Positions 23,701 to 35,190 of a stretch of DNA of 64,000 bases are shown in pieces. Source of the DNA: a virus (Duplodnaviria > Caudoviricetes); IMG/VR virus record IMGVR_UViG_3300013426_000018, positions 109,970 through 173,969 of that record; one strand, 5' to 3'. Made by a program: the position numbers and the translations under genes. Under the pieces are notes generated by a model. It did not search any database, was not told the DNA's origin, and worked only from the letters and a program-made list of their open reading frames with translations. The first letter of the stretch is position 1. Each line of letters begins with the position of its first letter.

Positions 23701-26700
23701 TAAAGAACGTCATAGGTTACATCTTTCTGGAGCCAAAAATAAAAATAGTTCTGATTACAATTGTTTGTTTCATAAAAAAATACGAGAATATGGAATAGAA
23801 AATTTTGAACTTTTTATTTTAGAAAAAGTTCCTAATAAAGAAGATTTAGATAAAAAAGAGCAATTCTGGATAAAACAAAAAAATAGTTTCGTTAAATATG
23901 GACAAGGATATAATATTACTACTGGTGGATAGAAAAGAAAAGTTAATGAAGATTATTGGGATATAAGATGTTGCTTATCAAAAGAAGAAGCTTTGAACAT
24001 AATAAGACTTTTAAAAGAAACAGATATTCCATAGACTGAAATAGCGAAACAGTATAATATTAATATTGGTATTGTCAATCAAATAAATAGCGGTAAAAAA
24101 TATCGTTTATTGGAAGAAAATCAATATCCAATAAGAGAAAAAAAAATTCTCCCTTTATCTACAGAAACAGTGGAAGTAATTATTGCTTTATTGCAGTAGG
24201 GTTATGGTAATGCAGAAATTGCTAAGATGTTCAATGGAGAAGTAAAACCAGGAACTATTTCAGCTATTAATATTGGAGATAAGCATAAAAGCCCAAAATA
24301 TTCTTATCCTATTCGTAAAAAGACTAATGAAAAAATAAAAAAACAAGAACAAGCTGAAAAAATTAAATATCTTTTAGAAGAAGGAAAATTAAATAATAAA
24401 CAAATTTCTGAAATTATAGGTTGTGATCCTTCTATTGTTTCTAGAATAAATTATGGGAAAACTTATAAAGATGAAAATAGAAAATATCCTATAAGAAATT
24501 AACCTGTATCGACTATAGTGGGTCAATCCGCTAGTAAGAATACTATTAATAAGTATTTTGAAACATTTATTACCTTTAAGGTTAAGATATAGTCAATACT
24601 AGTAGAAATACTAGATTTTATGTAGTATGTCGTGTAGGAGAACACGCGGGTGGTATTGTTTTTGTAGATGAACCTTTTACCAACTCTACAGCCCTTATGA
24701 AAGTTCCTAATGGAGATACAGTTACTCAATTTGATCTCCATGATGATGAAGATGTGTCCCTTATTAAGATAGATATGTTATCTGTAGAAGGTTATGATAA
24801 AATTCATAACTGTCTTGATTTATTGTGTGATGCTGGATATATTAAAAAAGAAGCTACATTACGAGAAACTTATGAAAAAGTATTGGGTATTTATAATCTT
24901 GAAAGAGAAAATCCTAAAATGTGGGAAATGGTTTGGAATCATAAAATTCAATCATTATTCCAAATGGAACAGCAAAGTGGAACTCAAGGTATTGCTTTAA
25001 CCCACCCAGAATCCGTAGATGATCTTGCTGTTTTGAATTCAGTTATTCGATTAATGGCGCAAGAAAAAAATGCTGAACAGCCATTAAATAAATATGCTAG
25101 ATTTAAAAATAATATTTCTTTATGGTATAAAGAAATGGATATGTATGGTCTTACTAAAGAAGAACAAAAACTTCTTGAGCCAATAGTTAAACAGTCTTAT
25201 GGTATTTGTGAATCTCAAGAGAAATTTATGCAATTAGTTCAAATGCCTGAGTGCGGAGGTTTTGACCTAACTTGGGCAGATAAATTGCGTAAATCAATAG
25301 CTAAATTTTTGGCGTTTTAAAAAGAAATTTTTAAAATTATTATTGGGCAAAATCGGTGAAGGCTAAATAAAGAATTTTTATAATTAACGACAGATAGAAT
25401 ATGAAAGGTCGTTGAATATGAAAAAAATAGTAAGTGAAGAAGAAAAAAATATATGGAAACAAAGATACCTAAACGGTGAAACAGCAAGAAATATTGCTAA
25501 AGATTTCCCTTAGTATAACGAAACTACAATAAGTAGACATATTAAAAAGATGGGAATATCCAGAGGAAAAGGCAAAATTGCTGAATATAAAGATTTAGAA
25601 GAAATTATTATTTAGGAATATCAAGACGATAAAATGGCAACTTGTTCATCATTATCCTTGAAATATAAGATTAATGATAGAACAATTTCTAAATGGTTAA
25701 AAAATCATAATATTCCAATAAAGCAGAATAGTGGTTATATTTCTAAAGCAGATTAGAATTATTTTAAAATAATAGATACTCCAAGCAAAGCTTATCTATT
25801 AGGTTTTATTACAGCAGATGGCGCTGTAACTGGAAAAGTAAAAGAAAAACCAACTTCTTGTAGTATTGAAGTTTAGGAAAAAAATAAAAATATAATACTA
25901 TTTGCTCAAAAAGAAATTAATCCTTTTGCTACTATTACTAATTGCCATTATAAAGGGAAAAATAATTTAAGAATAAGTTTTAATGGAGTTTAGCTATGTT
26001 CTTATTTAGAACGATATGGAATAGTTTAGAATAAAAGTAAAACTATAAAAGAAGTTCCCTATGATTTAATCCCTAAAGAATTATTGTGTTTTTATTTTAG
26101 AGGATTAATTGATGGAGATGGTTGTATAGGAAAAAGAGGACAAGTTTCTATTTATTCGGGAAGTAAAGATTTTTTAATTTCAGTTTAGACCATTTTATGC
26201 AATGAACTTGGCTTAAAAAAATTAAAAATTTATTAGGGAACAGCATATTTTCTTACTTGGACAAGTAAAGAAGATAGAGAAAAACTTTTTAATTTTTTAT
26301 ATAAAGATAATTTAAATATGACTTACTATTATGAAAGAAAATACAATCGTTTATATAATTCTTTATATGCTAATACCGAGGTAACTTCTTAGATTACGCA
26401 AGGCTAAGAAGCACCGTAGAGCGTAGATAGTGAATAAATATAATCTATCCAAGAGTGTCCGACATCTTAATCTTATAAAGAAAGATGAAAATGTACGCCG
26501 AACTTATAAGAAATTATAAGAATTATTGGATAAAAAGCCAATAAGATAACATATTGAAAAAAAACCCCAAAGGTTTCCTTGAATTACAAAAAGAATTTTT
26601 TAAAAACGCAAAAGAAAAACATTTAAGTGAACATTTTTGTAATTATGTATGGAATGTGCTTGTATCAACAAGTAAAGGCTATGGATTTAATGCTTCACAT

Positions 26701-28065
26701 ACATTAGCCTATTCTCTCGTTGGACTTCAAGAAATGAATCTTGGCTTTAAGTATCCTATTATCTTTTGGAATACTGCGTGTCTTATTACTGATAGTGGTG
26801 GAGCAGATGAAGATATTGGAGATAAAAATAATAACTATGATAAAATTGCTACAGCAATTGGTAAAATGCAACAAGCAGGAGTAAGTATAGCTCTTCCTAA
26901 TATTAATAAATCTGAATATACATTTACCCCAAAAGTAAATGAAAATCAAATTTATTTTGGCCTACGAGGTATGCTTAATATTGGTGATGAACTAATCCAA
27001 ACTATTATTGCTAATCGTCCTTATGAGTCTCCTAAAGACTTTGTAAATAGAGTGTCGCCCAAAAAACAATCTATGATTTCTCTCATTAAAGGTGGCGCTT
27101 TCGATGAAATGGCTGACCGCAAATTTGTTATGGCTTGGTATTTATGGTCTGTTTGTGATAAAAAAACTCGTTTGACTCTCCAAAATATGCCAGGATTAAT
27201 TAAATATAATCTCTTACCTCTTGAAATCCCTGAGCAAAAAATGGCAAAAAGAGTTTATGAATTTAATCGTTATCTTAAAGCTATTAACAAAGGTAATAAA
27301 TCTGATTATTTTGAATTAGACAATAGAGCTATTAATTTCTTAATTGAAATTGGAGCAGAAAATTTAATTCATCAAAATACTTTATTAAATCAAAAGATTT
27401 GGGATAAACAAATTTATCAGAAATATATGGACATTTTTCGTTCTTGGATTAATGAACATAAAGATGAAATTCTTCAAAAAATGAATGATTTAATCTTTAT
27501 GGAAGAGTGGAATAAATATGCGGGTAATGGCAATATCTCAGCTTGGGAAATGGAAGTTCTTTGTTTTTATTATCATAACCATGAATTAAAAGATGCCAAT
27601 AAGACTAAATATGGCTTTACTAATTTCTTTAATTTACCTGAAAATCCAATAGTAGAAAAAAGTTGGAAAAAAGGCGATAAAGAAATTAAAATCTTTAAAC
27701 TTTCAAGGCTCTGTGGTACTTGTATTGCGAAAAATAAAACTAAAGGTATTGTTACAATTCTTACTACTGATGGAGTTGTAAATGTTAAATTCCGAAAAGA
27801 AGTATTTGCTCTTTTTGATAAACAAATATCTCAAAAGAATACAGATGGAACAAAAAAGATTATTGAAAAGTCTTGGTTTAATCGTGGAAATATGATTGCA
27901 GTTACTGGTATACGATCAGGTGATAATTTTATTATGAAAAAATATGCAGCGACTCCTGGGGCGTCTCTCTATAAGATTAAAGAAGTTTGCCCAAATGGAG
28001 AACTTATTTTAACAGATCAGCGCGCGCAGGGAGAACTTGAAGAGGAGGAAGAGGGAACTATTTAA
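20792..28065 (+). CDS. dnaE: DNA polymerase III alpha subunit, spliced; exons 20792-22124, 23073-23432, 24623-25302, 26557-28065 (1293 aa)
   Basis: PHP HNHTEYS, GPGRGS; splicing restores WR(F)LNPNR..DIDTD, EG(L)VCRVGEHAGG and RKSIA|KK; also KIDML and YGFNASH. Confidence 0.95.
22125..23072 (+). mobile_element. group I intron 7 (dnaE) with GIY-YIG ORF
   Basis: Exon GGAGGU pairs with GCUUCC; P7 GACUA/UAGUC; terminal G. Confidence 0.9.
22394..23068 (+). CDS. GIY-YIG homing endonuclease (intron 7; 9 TAG=Gln, absent from ORF track)
   Basis: MGCIYKIT...YIG(TAG)T...RF..H, NGYN, HTH. Confidence 0.85.
23433..24622 (+). mobile_element. group I intron 8 (dnaE) with GIY-YIG ORF
   Basis: Exon GAAGGAU pairs with GUCCUUC; P4-P5 nearly identical to intron 4; P7 GACUA/UAGUC. 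Confidence 0.9.
23630..24502 (+). CDS. GIY-YIG homing endonuclease with repeated HTH modules (intron 8; 3 TAG=Gln)
   Basis: YIY...YVGQT...ERH, GYN; track ORFs 23630 and 24227 share a frame. Confidence 0.88.
25303..26556 (+). mobile_element. group I intron 9 (dnaE) with LAGLIDADG ORF
   Basis: AAAAUCGGUGAAGGC...AAUACCGAG; P7 GCGUA/UACGC; 3' end similar to introns 1 and 3. Confidence 0.9.
25418..26407 (+). CDS. LAGLIDADG homing endonuclease (intron 9; 9 TAG=Gln, absent from ORF track)
   Basis: AYLLGFITADG and FRGLIDGDG. Confidence 0.85.
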
Positions 28066-28077
28066 GTCCTTAAAGCA

Positions 28078-28839
28078 ATGAAAAAAAAGAAAATTATTAA
28101 TGCTTTTTTATATGAAAATAAATGTGAGACTTGCGGAGAGACTCTCCCAAATTACGGCTATATTTTTGAACATTCTGTGAAATGTCCGAATTGTAATTTT
28201 CCTAATTGGGTACTAAAAGATATTAAGTATGTTTTTGAAGATAATGGAACTCCAAAAGCATACTATCCAAAATATAATATTATTGCTTTAACTGGCAAGA
28301 GTGGTAGCGGAAAAGACACTATTTTAAAAGAATTTAAGAAAAATCATTTTCCTGGGATTCTTCCTGTTGTACAAGCAACAACTCGTCCTAGACGCTCTCC
28401 CTCTGAGCCAGGGTATCTTTTTTATGATGATGAAGAATGGGCTGCTCTTGAAGAACAAGAAGCTTTTCTTGAATCAACAGTTTTTAATAATTGGCATTAT
28501 GGAACATTAACTTCTTCGTTAACTTCTAATCCTGACTCTTGGAACATTGGTATCTTTTCTCCTGCGGCAATTGAGCAACTGCGCACTAACCCAAAAGTAG
28601 GCAAGTTAAAAGTTTTTGAAGTTTGTTGTGGCGATAAAACTCGCATAGAAAGAAGTCTCGCCAGAGAAAAGACTCCAAATATTATGGAAATTTGTCGTAG
28701 AATGTTAGCTGATGAAGAAGATTTTAAAACGCTATCTCCCCTTCTGGATATTAGACTTTTAGGAAATGATTGCCCAGATGATATTGATACATGCGTAAAT
28801 ACTATATTAAAATATACCACAGGTCAAGAAAGAGAATAA
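28078..28839 (+). CDS. guanylate-kinase-like protein with N-terminal Zn ribbon
   Basis: GKSGSGKDT, TTRPRR, YGT; N-terminal CETC...CPNC. Confidence 0.85.
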   Translation: MKKKKIINAFLYENKCETCGETLPNYGYIFEHSVKCPNCNFPNWVLKDIKYVFEDNGTPKAYYPKYNIIALTGKSGSGKDTILKEFKKNHFPGILPVVQATTRPRRSPSEPGYLFYDDEEWAALEEQEAFLESTVFNNWHYGTLTSSLTSNPDSWNIGIFSPAAIEQLRTNPKVGKLKVFEVCCGDKTRIERSLAREKTPNIMEICRRMLADEEDFKTLSPLLDIRLLGNDCPDDIDTCVNTILKYTTGQERE

Positions 28840-28921
28840 CTATTATGTAAAATCCCATATTAATTATGGGATTTTATTCCCTACTCAAAATTAATTTATA
28901 TATATGAGGAGGACTTTAACT

Positions 28922-31429
28922 TTGGTTAATGTTAAAATTTAGAAACGAGATGGACGAATAGTTCCATTTGATGAAAATAAAATAGTTGATGCAGTATTGG
29001 CAGCTTTTAAAGAAGTAGATGGAGAAATTACTGAATATGCTGAAATTAAAGCTGGAAATATTGCCGATTATGTTTATGACTATTGTGAAAATCTTCCAGA
29101 TGGAAAAATACTAAATATTGAAGAAATTCAAGATTTAGTAGAACATGGTTTAATGAGTTTAAAGAAAAAGGATGTCGCAAAAGCTTATATTCTCTATAGA
29201 GATAAGCGCAATGCCGCAAGAGGTAATTTAACAGACAAGACTTTCCTTGATTTTCTAACTGGGCAAAGTGATTATTGGAATACCGAAAATTCTAATAAAG
29301 ACGCAAAAATTGTAACTACACAACGAGATTATATCGCTGGCATAGCAAGCACTGATATAGCAAGACGTTTTCTTCTCCCAAAAGATGTGTGTAATGCTCA
29401 CGATTTAGGAATTATTCATTAGCATGATGTTGATTATATGGCTCAAAATGCTTTAACGAATTGTTGTCTAATTAATTTACATGATATGCTTCTAAATGGA
29501 ACAGCAATTAGTGGAGTTAAAATCGACCCACAACGTCGTATTACAACTGCTTCAACAGTAGCTACTCAAATTATAACGGCAGTTGCAAGTAGCTAGTATG
29601 GCGGCTGTACAATTACTTTAACCCATTTAGCCCCTTTCGTAAGAATGAGTTACCAAGAAAACTATCAAAAAGGATTAAAGTATTTCAATGATGATAAGGA
29701 AAAAGCTGAATTCTTTGCCGAAAAAGAAACTAAAATTAATATAAAAGATGCAGTTCAAACTTTTAATTATCAAATTAATAGTATGAGCACAACAAATGGG
29801 CAAGCACCTTTCTTATCTGTTTGTATGTATATTAGTGAAGATCCCGAATATGAAAAAGAAACTGCAATGTTAATTCAAGAATTTCTTGAACAAAGAATTC
29901 AAGGAATGAAAAATAGTAAAGGTGTTTATATTACCATTGCATTCCCAAAATTATTATATGTTCTTGATGAAAATAATATTTATCCAGGCGGCGAATATTG
30001 GTATTTAACACAATTAGCAGCAAAATGTACAGCTAAACATATGGTTCCTGATTATATTTCTGCTAAGAAAATGCGTGAATATAAAGTGTCACCTGTAAAT
30101 CAGACTCATGATGTATATGGTTGTATGGGTAAGTGTAATACTATAGCTCATATAAAATTTTTTGAACTTTTCCAAAAGGTGTTTTATAATTATTATAAAG
30201 CTAACGGTTAGGTCTAAATTGGTTAGATGAGACCGTGTAAAAATTACTTTAGAACTTTATAAAATAACAGTTCTAAATTAATTTTATGTATCGACTATTC
30301 CTGATGAATGTAAGGAAGTAAGACAAGGATTGGATCTTGTTTGAAGCGAAAAACAACTCTACAAATTGTAGAATGAAGATATAGTCAGTACCATTAGTGA
30401 TAATGGAATAATATGTGTAGAAGTTTTTTAACTCCCGATCGATGTACAAAAAACTATGCAAAAGCTTTAGATTATATTCCAGGAGTATCAAAATACTATG
30501 GAAGATTTAACATGGGCGTAACAACTATAAATCTCCCTGATGTCGCTTTTTCAAGCGAAGGAGATCTTGATAAATTTTGGGATTTAATGGAAGAAAGAAC
30601 TGAACTCTGCCATAAAGGTTTATTAGCAAGAATTAAACGTCTTGAAAATGTAACTTCTGATGTAGCTCCTATACTTTGGCAAGACGGAGCTTTTGCTCGA
30701 TTAGACAAAGGCGAAAAACTACATGATTTAATCCATCACGGATATTCTACTGCTTCTCTTGGATACGCTGGTCTTTATGAATGCGTAAAATATATGACTG
30801 GGCAATCATTAAGCCAAGAGGAAGGCAAAGAGTTTGGTCTAAAAGTTATGCAATTTTTAAACGATAAATGCGCTCAATGGAAAAGTGCTGAAGATATAGA
30901 TTATTCAGTTTATGGCTCTCCCATTGAAAGCACTACTTATAAATTTGCCAAATGCTTAAAGAAACGTTTTGGTGATGATATTTTTATTAAACTTGATGGT
31001 CATGATAGAAGTTACATAACTAATAGTTACCATTTGCCAGTATTTGAAAAAATTGATATTTTTTCAAAATTAAAAATTGAGAGTGAATTCCAGAGACTTT
31101 CTCCAGGTGGAGCAATCAGTTACGGAGAGACAGCTAATCTGCAAAATAATATTGATGCAGTATTAACTGTTATTCAATTTATTTATGATAATATCATGTA
31201 CGCAGAATTAAATACAAAAAGTGATTATTGTCAAAAATGTGGTTACGATGGAGAAATCTTAATAGATGATAATATGAACTGGTATTGTCCTAATTGTGGT
31301 AATAGAGATCAAAGAACCATGAATGTAGCTCGACGCACTTGTGGATATGTGGGTAGTCATTTTTGGAATTATGGTCGCACACAAGAGATAAAAGAACGCT
31401 ATGTCCATCTTGGTGGAGATGAAACTTAA
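28922..31429 (+). CDS. nrdD: anaerobic (class III) ribonucleotide reductase, spliced; exons 28922-30130, 30416-31429 (740 aa)
   Basis: ATP cone KRDG, H(Q)HD, NCC, SS(Q)YGG, MG|CRSFL, RRTCGY glycyl-radical loop. Confidence 0.95.
30131..30415 (+). mobile_element. group I intron 10 (nrdD), no ORF
   Basis: Exon AUGGGU pairs with GCUCAU; P7 GACUA/UAGUC; inserted immediately before the catalytic Cys codon. Confidence 0.92.
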
Positions 31430-31920
31430 TGAAATATGCAGATATAAAATATAATGACATAGTAAATGGGCAAGACATATGTGTGTCATTTTGGTGTCAA
31501 GGATGCCCCATACATTGCGAAAATTGTTAGAATTCTGTTATATGGGACTTTAATGGGGGTAAAGAATTTACCCCCGCAACCATGTCAGAAATCATTCAAG
31601 CCATTTCTGCGAATGGTATTGAACGCAATTTTAGTATTTTAGGTGGAGAACCTTTATGTGATGAAAATCTATTTTTAACAACTTTAGTCATTCAAGAAGT
31701 GCGTAAAGTTTATCCAAATATTAAAATTTTCCTTTGGACAGGTTATTATTATGAAGATTTATTAAAAAGAGAAAATCCTCATCTAAAATATATCTTTGAT
31801 AATATTGATTATCTTATTGATGGCCCGTATGTTCAAGCGTAGAGAGATATAACTCTTAAATTAAGAGGTTCCCGCAATCAGCATATTATTTCTATGCCAG
31901 AAGGAAAAGTTGAAGAATAA
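31429..31920 (+). CDS. nrdG: anaerobic RNR activating enzyme (radical SAM)
   Basis: GCPIHCENC(Q)N, LGGEP, IDGPY, RGSRNQ; 2 TAG=Gln. Confidence 0.93.
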
Positions 31921-31938
31921 TAAAATTTTTGGTATAAT
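31910..31938 (+). promoter_or_regulatory. sigmaA-type promoter with extended -10
   Basis: TTGAAG-N17-(TGG)TATAAT. Confidence 0.78.
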
Positions 31939-31963
31939 ATAAAAAAGAAAAAGGAGAATTTTA

Positions 31964-32320
31964 ATGAATCTATATTCTCTAAATAAACAATTAGTAGTAT
32001 AGCTTCCTGATATAGAAGAATTTAAAGAAAGCATTGCTCTCTTTAATGAATTCGCCCGAACTAAAAATAATAAGTATTATATGCTTTTAGGCAAAGAAAT
32101 TTCTTATTATACAGTGTTTGAACGCTCTCTTGGACTAACTGAGTCTATTGGGGAAGCGACCATTGATTGTTTAAAGAATATTGGGCCTTCCATTAAATCT
32201 ATACAAAAGAACGAAGACGAAGAATCTATTGAATGTTGGATTGTTCCAAAAGCATCAAAAGATCCAATTGTACTTTATTTCTTTCCTTATGATTATGGTA
32301 TGTGCCCCGTTGGAGTGTAA
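31964..32320 (+). CDS. hypothetical protein (1 TAG=Gln)
   Basis: AAGGAG RBS; in frame with track ORF 32081. Confidence 0.75.
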
Positions 32321-32323
32321 TAA

Positions 32324-32590
32324 ATGAAAACAATTTATTGTTATTTTAATCTTTTTGATATGCAACAGTGGATTAGCTTATATGATGAGGAAACAAAAGA
32401 TACTATTCCGCTAACTGTAATTCCTACAAGAGAGTTCTCTAAAAATATTGTGTTACAATGTCATAAAATAAATACTAAAAATATTCATCTTTATGGGAAT
32501 GAGCAATATTTAAATTCAATCGCAGAAGAGATTAAAACTATTGGAAAAACCGATTATTCTTATGATGATATGATTGTGGAGGTAAATTAA
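32324..32590 (+). CDS. hypothetical protein
   Basis: 88-aa ORF, GGAG RBS. Confidence 0.7.
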   Translation: MKTIYCYFNLFDMQQWISLYDEETKDTIPLTVIPTREFSKNIVLQCHKINTKNIHLYGNEQYLNSIAEEIKTIGKTDYSYDDMIVEVN

Positions 32591-32592
32591 TA

Positions 32593-32802
32593 ATGACTAG
32601 AATGTCAAAAGTTGTAGAAACCTATAGAGCTGATTCTGAAGATGAAGTTAATGATTTAATCGAAAATGCCAAGGCAGATTCTTCTTTTGACCTTGCTAAG
32701 TATAGTAGTGAATATAAAGAAAAGAAATCTAAAGGCGATGTAGTGGATAGCGGCTGGGTGACTTAGCTTACAAAAGTCTACTCTCAAATGTGGGAGGAAT
32801 AA
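32593..32802 (+). CDS. hypothetical protein (1 TAG=Gln)
   Basis: GGAGG RBS, 69 aa. Confidence 0.7.
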
Positions 32803-32805
32803 TTT

Positions 32806-33357
32806 TTGAAAGATTGTAGATTTGAATTTATTGAAGGTTACGAAGATAAAGGTTTAATTCTTCCTTAGCGTAAAACCACTGGGGCAGCTGGATATGACTT
32901 TATGTGTGCAGAAGATACAGTTATTCCTTCTTTAGCTAATATGACTAAAGATGTTCTTGATAATATTAATGTTAATATTCAAAGTGATGAATATATTAAT
33001 ATAGCTACGATGGAAGAATTAACTAAATAGTCTGGTTTCCGTCCCTCTTTAGTCCCTACTGGCGTGAAATGTAAAATTCCCGAAGGATATTATTTACAAT
33101 TAAGCGTCCGCAGTTCAACTCCTTTAAAAACTTGGCTAATTCTTGCTAATTCGGTAGGAAATATAGATGCCGATTATTACAATAATATGTCAAATGAAGG
33201 ACATATTTATTTCCAAATAATGAACCTTTCCCCTTTTAATATTCAAATTAAAAAAGGAGATATTATTGGACAAGGTATTCTACTTCCTTATGAAATTACG
33301 GAAGATGATATTCCAGGAGAAGAAAGAACTGGTGGATTTGGTTCCACTTCTAAGTGA
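32806..33357 (+). CDS. dut: trimeric dUTPase
   Basis: LP(Q)RKT.GAAGYD, RSS, GNIDADY, GQG, RTGGFGST. Confidence 0.92.
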
Positions 33358-33848
33358 TAATTTTAGCTTTTGATTAGGCTTCAAGGTGCAGTGGGTACAG
33401 CGTCTTTGAAGATTAGAAATTAATTGCTTAGGGAACTTTTACATTTACAGATAGTAATATTGGTGTGCGGTTAACGCAAATTCGTAATAAAGTTATTGAA
33501 TTAATCACATAGTATAAACCAGATTTAATTGCTTTTGAAGATATCCAAATGCAACAAAACGTAGAGACTTTTAAAGTATTAGCTCATGTCTTTGGAATTA
33601 TATGGGAGCTTGCAGAAGAGCTTAATATAAAAAATGAGCCTATTCTATCAGGCACTTGGCGAAAAGGTTTAGGCATAGCTGGGAGAACTCGCTCAGAATA
33701 GAAAAAAAATGCCTAGAAATGGGTTAGTGATAATTTTAATTTAAAGGTTTCTGAGGATGCTGCTGATGCAATCTGTATAGGGGCATATTCTACAGGCATT
33801 AGATGCAAGAAACAAAAAATTTGTCAAAAGCCCTTTGACTGGTCGTAA
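33354..33848 (+). CDS. RuvC-like Holliday junction resolvase (6 TAG=Gln)
   Basis: ILAFD(Q)AS..SGY, IAFED, W.K.LG...K, EDAADAICIG. Confidence 0.85.
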
Positions 33849-33916
33849 ATTATTAATAATCATTCCCTTTTTTTTATAATACTTTGGAAGGTTTATAAGA
33901 AAGGGGAAGTTTACTG

Positions 33917-34384
33917 ATGGAGTTTCTCTCTGAATGGGGCTCTCAAATTGTTCTTTCCTTGGTCGTTGCTGTTTTTACCTATATATTAAATAAAAATATG
34001 AAGGAAAAAGATGAATCTATGAAACAATATCAGGAACTTCTTATTAAAGAAGCAGACAATAAGACCAAAAAAGAAATCGATATTTAGTTAGAGCCAATCT
34101 ATAAAGAACTAGAAGACATTAGAAAACGTATTCTTTCTTTATAGGATAAAGAAAACAAAGACCTCGAGGACATTAATGAAAATTTTGAATTGATAATAGC
34201 TTCGTATAAATACAGACTTGTGCAATTGTGTAAAGAACTTTTAAAATAGGGATTTATGTATTAGTATCAATATGAACACCTCAATGAGTTTTATACTTTG
34301 TACCATAACCTCGGCGGGAATGGCTCGGGAACAAGCTATTATGAAAAAGTCTGTAGTGAATTAAAGATTAGGTCCAATCCATAA
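33917..34384 (+). CDS. membrane protein, possibly lysis-related (4 TAG=Gln)
   Basis: N-terminal TM helix, coiled coil, C-terminal Y..LGGNG motif seen in phage holin-adjacent proteins. Confidence 0.65.
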
Positions 34385-34422
34385 AAAAATAGGGGAGACT
34401 TTTTTAGTCTCCCCTGAATTTT
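34383..34422. terminator. bidirectional terminator at the convergence of the two arms
   Basis: AGGGGAGACT / AGTCTCCCCT hairpin flanked by A and T runs. Confidence 0.8.
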
Positions 34423-34724
34423 ATTTCTTTATAAGCTTTATTCGTTAATCTATTTATTTTTCTTCCATAGTTAGTAATAACTTCAACCACAGTTTCTTCC
34501 TCTCTTGGCGTTAAAGCGATATTATAACTATAAATTACTGCGTGAGTAATTTCATGGCATATAACTTTTTTGATTTTTCTTTTAGGCAACTCTTTATTAA
34601 TATAAATAATATGAAAAAAATTATCACAACACCCAAGAGCCTATTTACCTTCTGGGGTTAGAAGAACAGGATTAAATGATGGTACTAAGGCAAGATTCCA
34701 CCTAATCCCATTTATTATAATCAT
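34404..34724 (-). CDS. small HExxH metallopeptidase-like protein
   Basis: LGCCD....I.I......K.VICHEITHA; ATGA overlap with upstream gene. Confidence 0.7.
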
Positions 34725-35176
34725 TTCATTGAGCCAATTTTAGTTGCAAGAGCAGAAATTTTCTTCTCAAGATACTGCTTTTCTTCTGGAGACGAGTCCT
34801 AAATCATATCCACAATATCAGCAGTTAATTCTTGCATATATCTTTCTAGTTCTTTTAACTAAGTGGCTTTATCTTTGTGCATTTCTTTAGCTTCCATATA
34901 CATACGACGATTTTTATGGCTATGCCCTTCATATTCATCATTATCGTCATTATAATCTTCATATAGATATCTTTTATGGCTACCAGCTCTTTGTTGGTAG
35001 TCATTTTTTTCGTTCATCGCTTCTGTTATGGTAGCATAATAAATGGCTTCCTCCAAATCCTTTAACATATCAATAGCTTCACTCAATTCATGAGTATCTG
35101 CGTTAGCGATATCACAAAGTTCACACTCTACAGCACAAGCGATTTGACGTTTCATTTCATGTAATTTTTGCAACAT
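34721..35176 (-). CDS. acidic helical hypothetical protein of the unknown cassette
   Basis: GGAGG RBS; extends through TAGs to TGA at 34721. Confidence 0.75.
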
Positions 35177-35190
35177 ACCAAAAAACCTCC

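Noticed and set aside
8109-26556. Inteins as the source of the LAGLIDADG domains
   Set aside because: The endonucleases are separate ORFs flanked by stops and RNA cores, with no in-frame C...HN splice motifs.
28840-28921. NrdR box or riboswitch upstream of nrdD
   Set aside because: Only an AAAATCCCATA/TATGGGATTTT hairpin is present, with no convincing consensus match.
9145-30415. Track ORF starts at 9145, 10569, 14099, 14571, 24697, 26554 and 30413 as independent genes
   Set aside because: They are internal exons of spliced genes, with starts inside introns or mid-domain.
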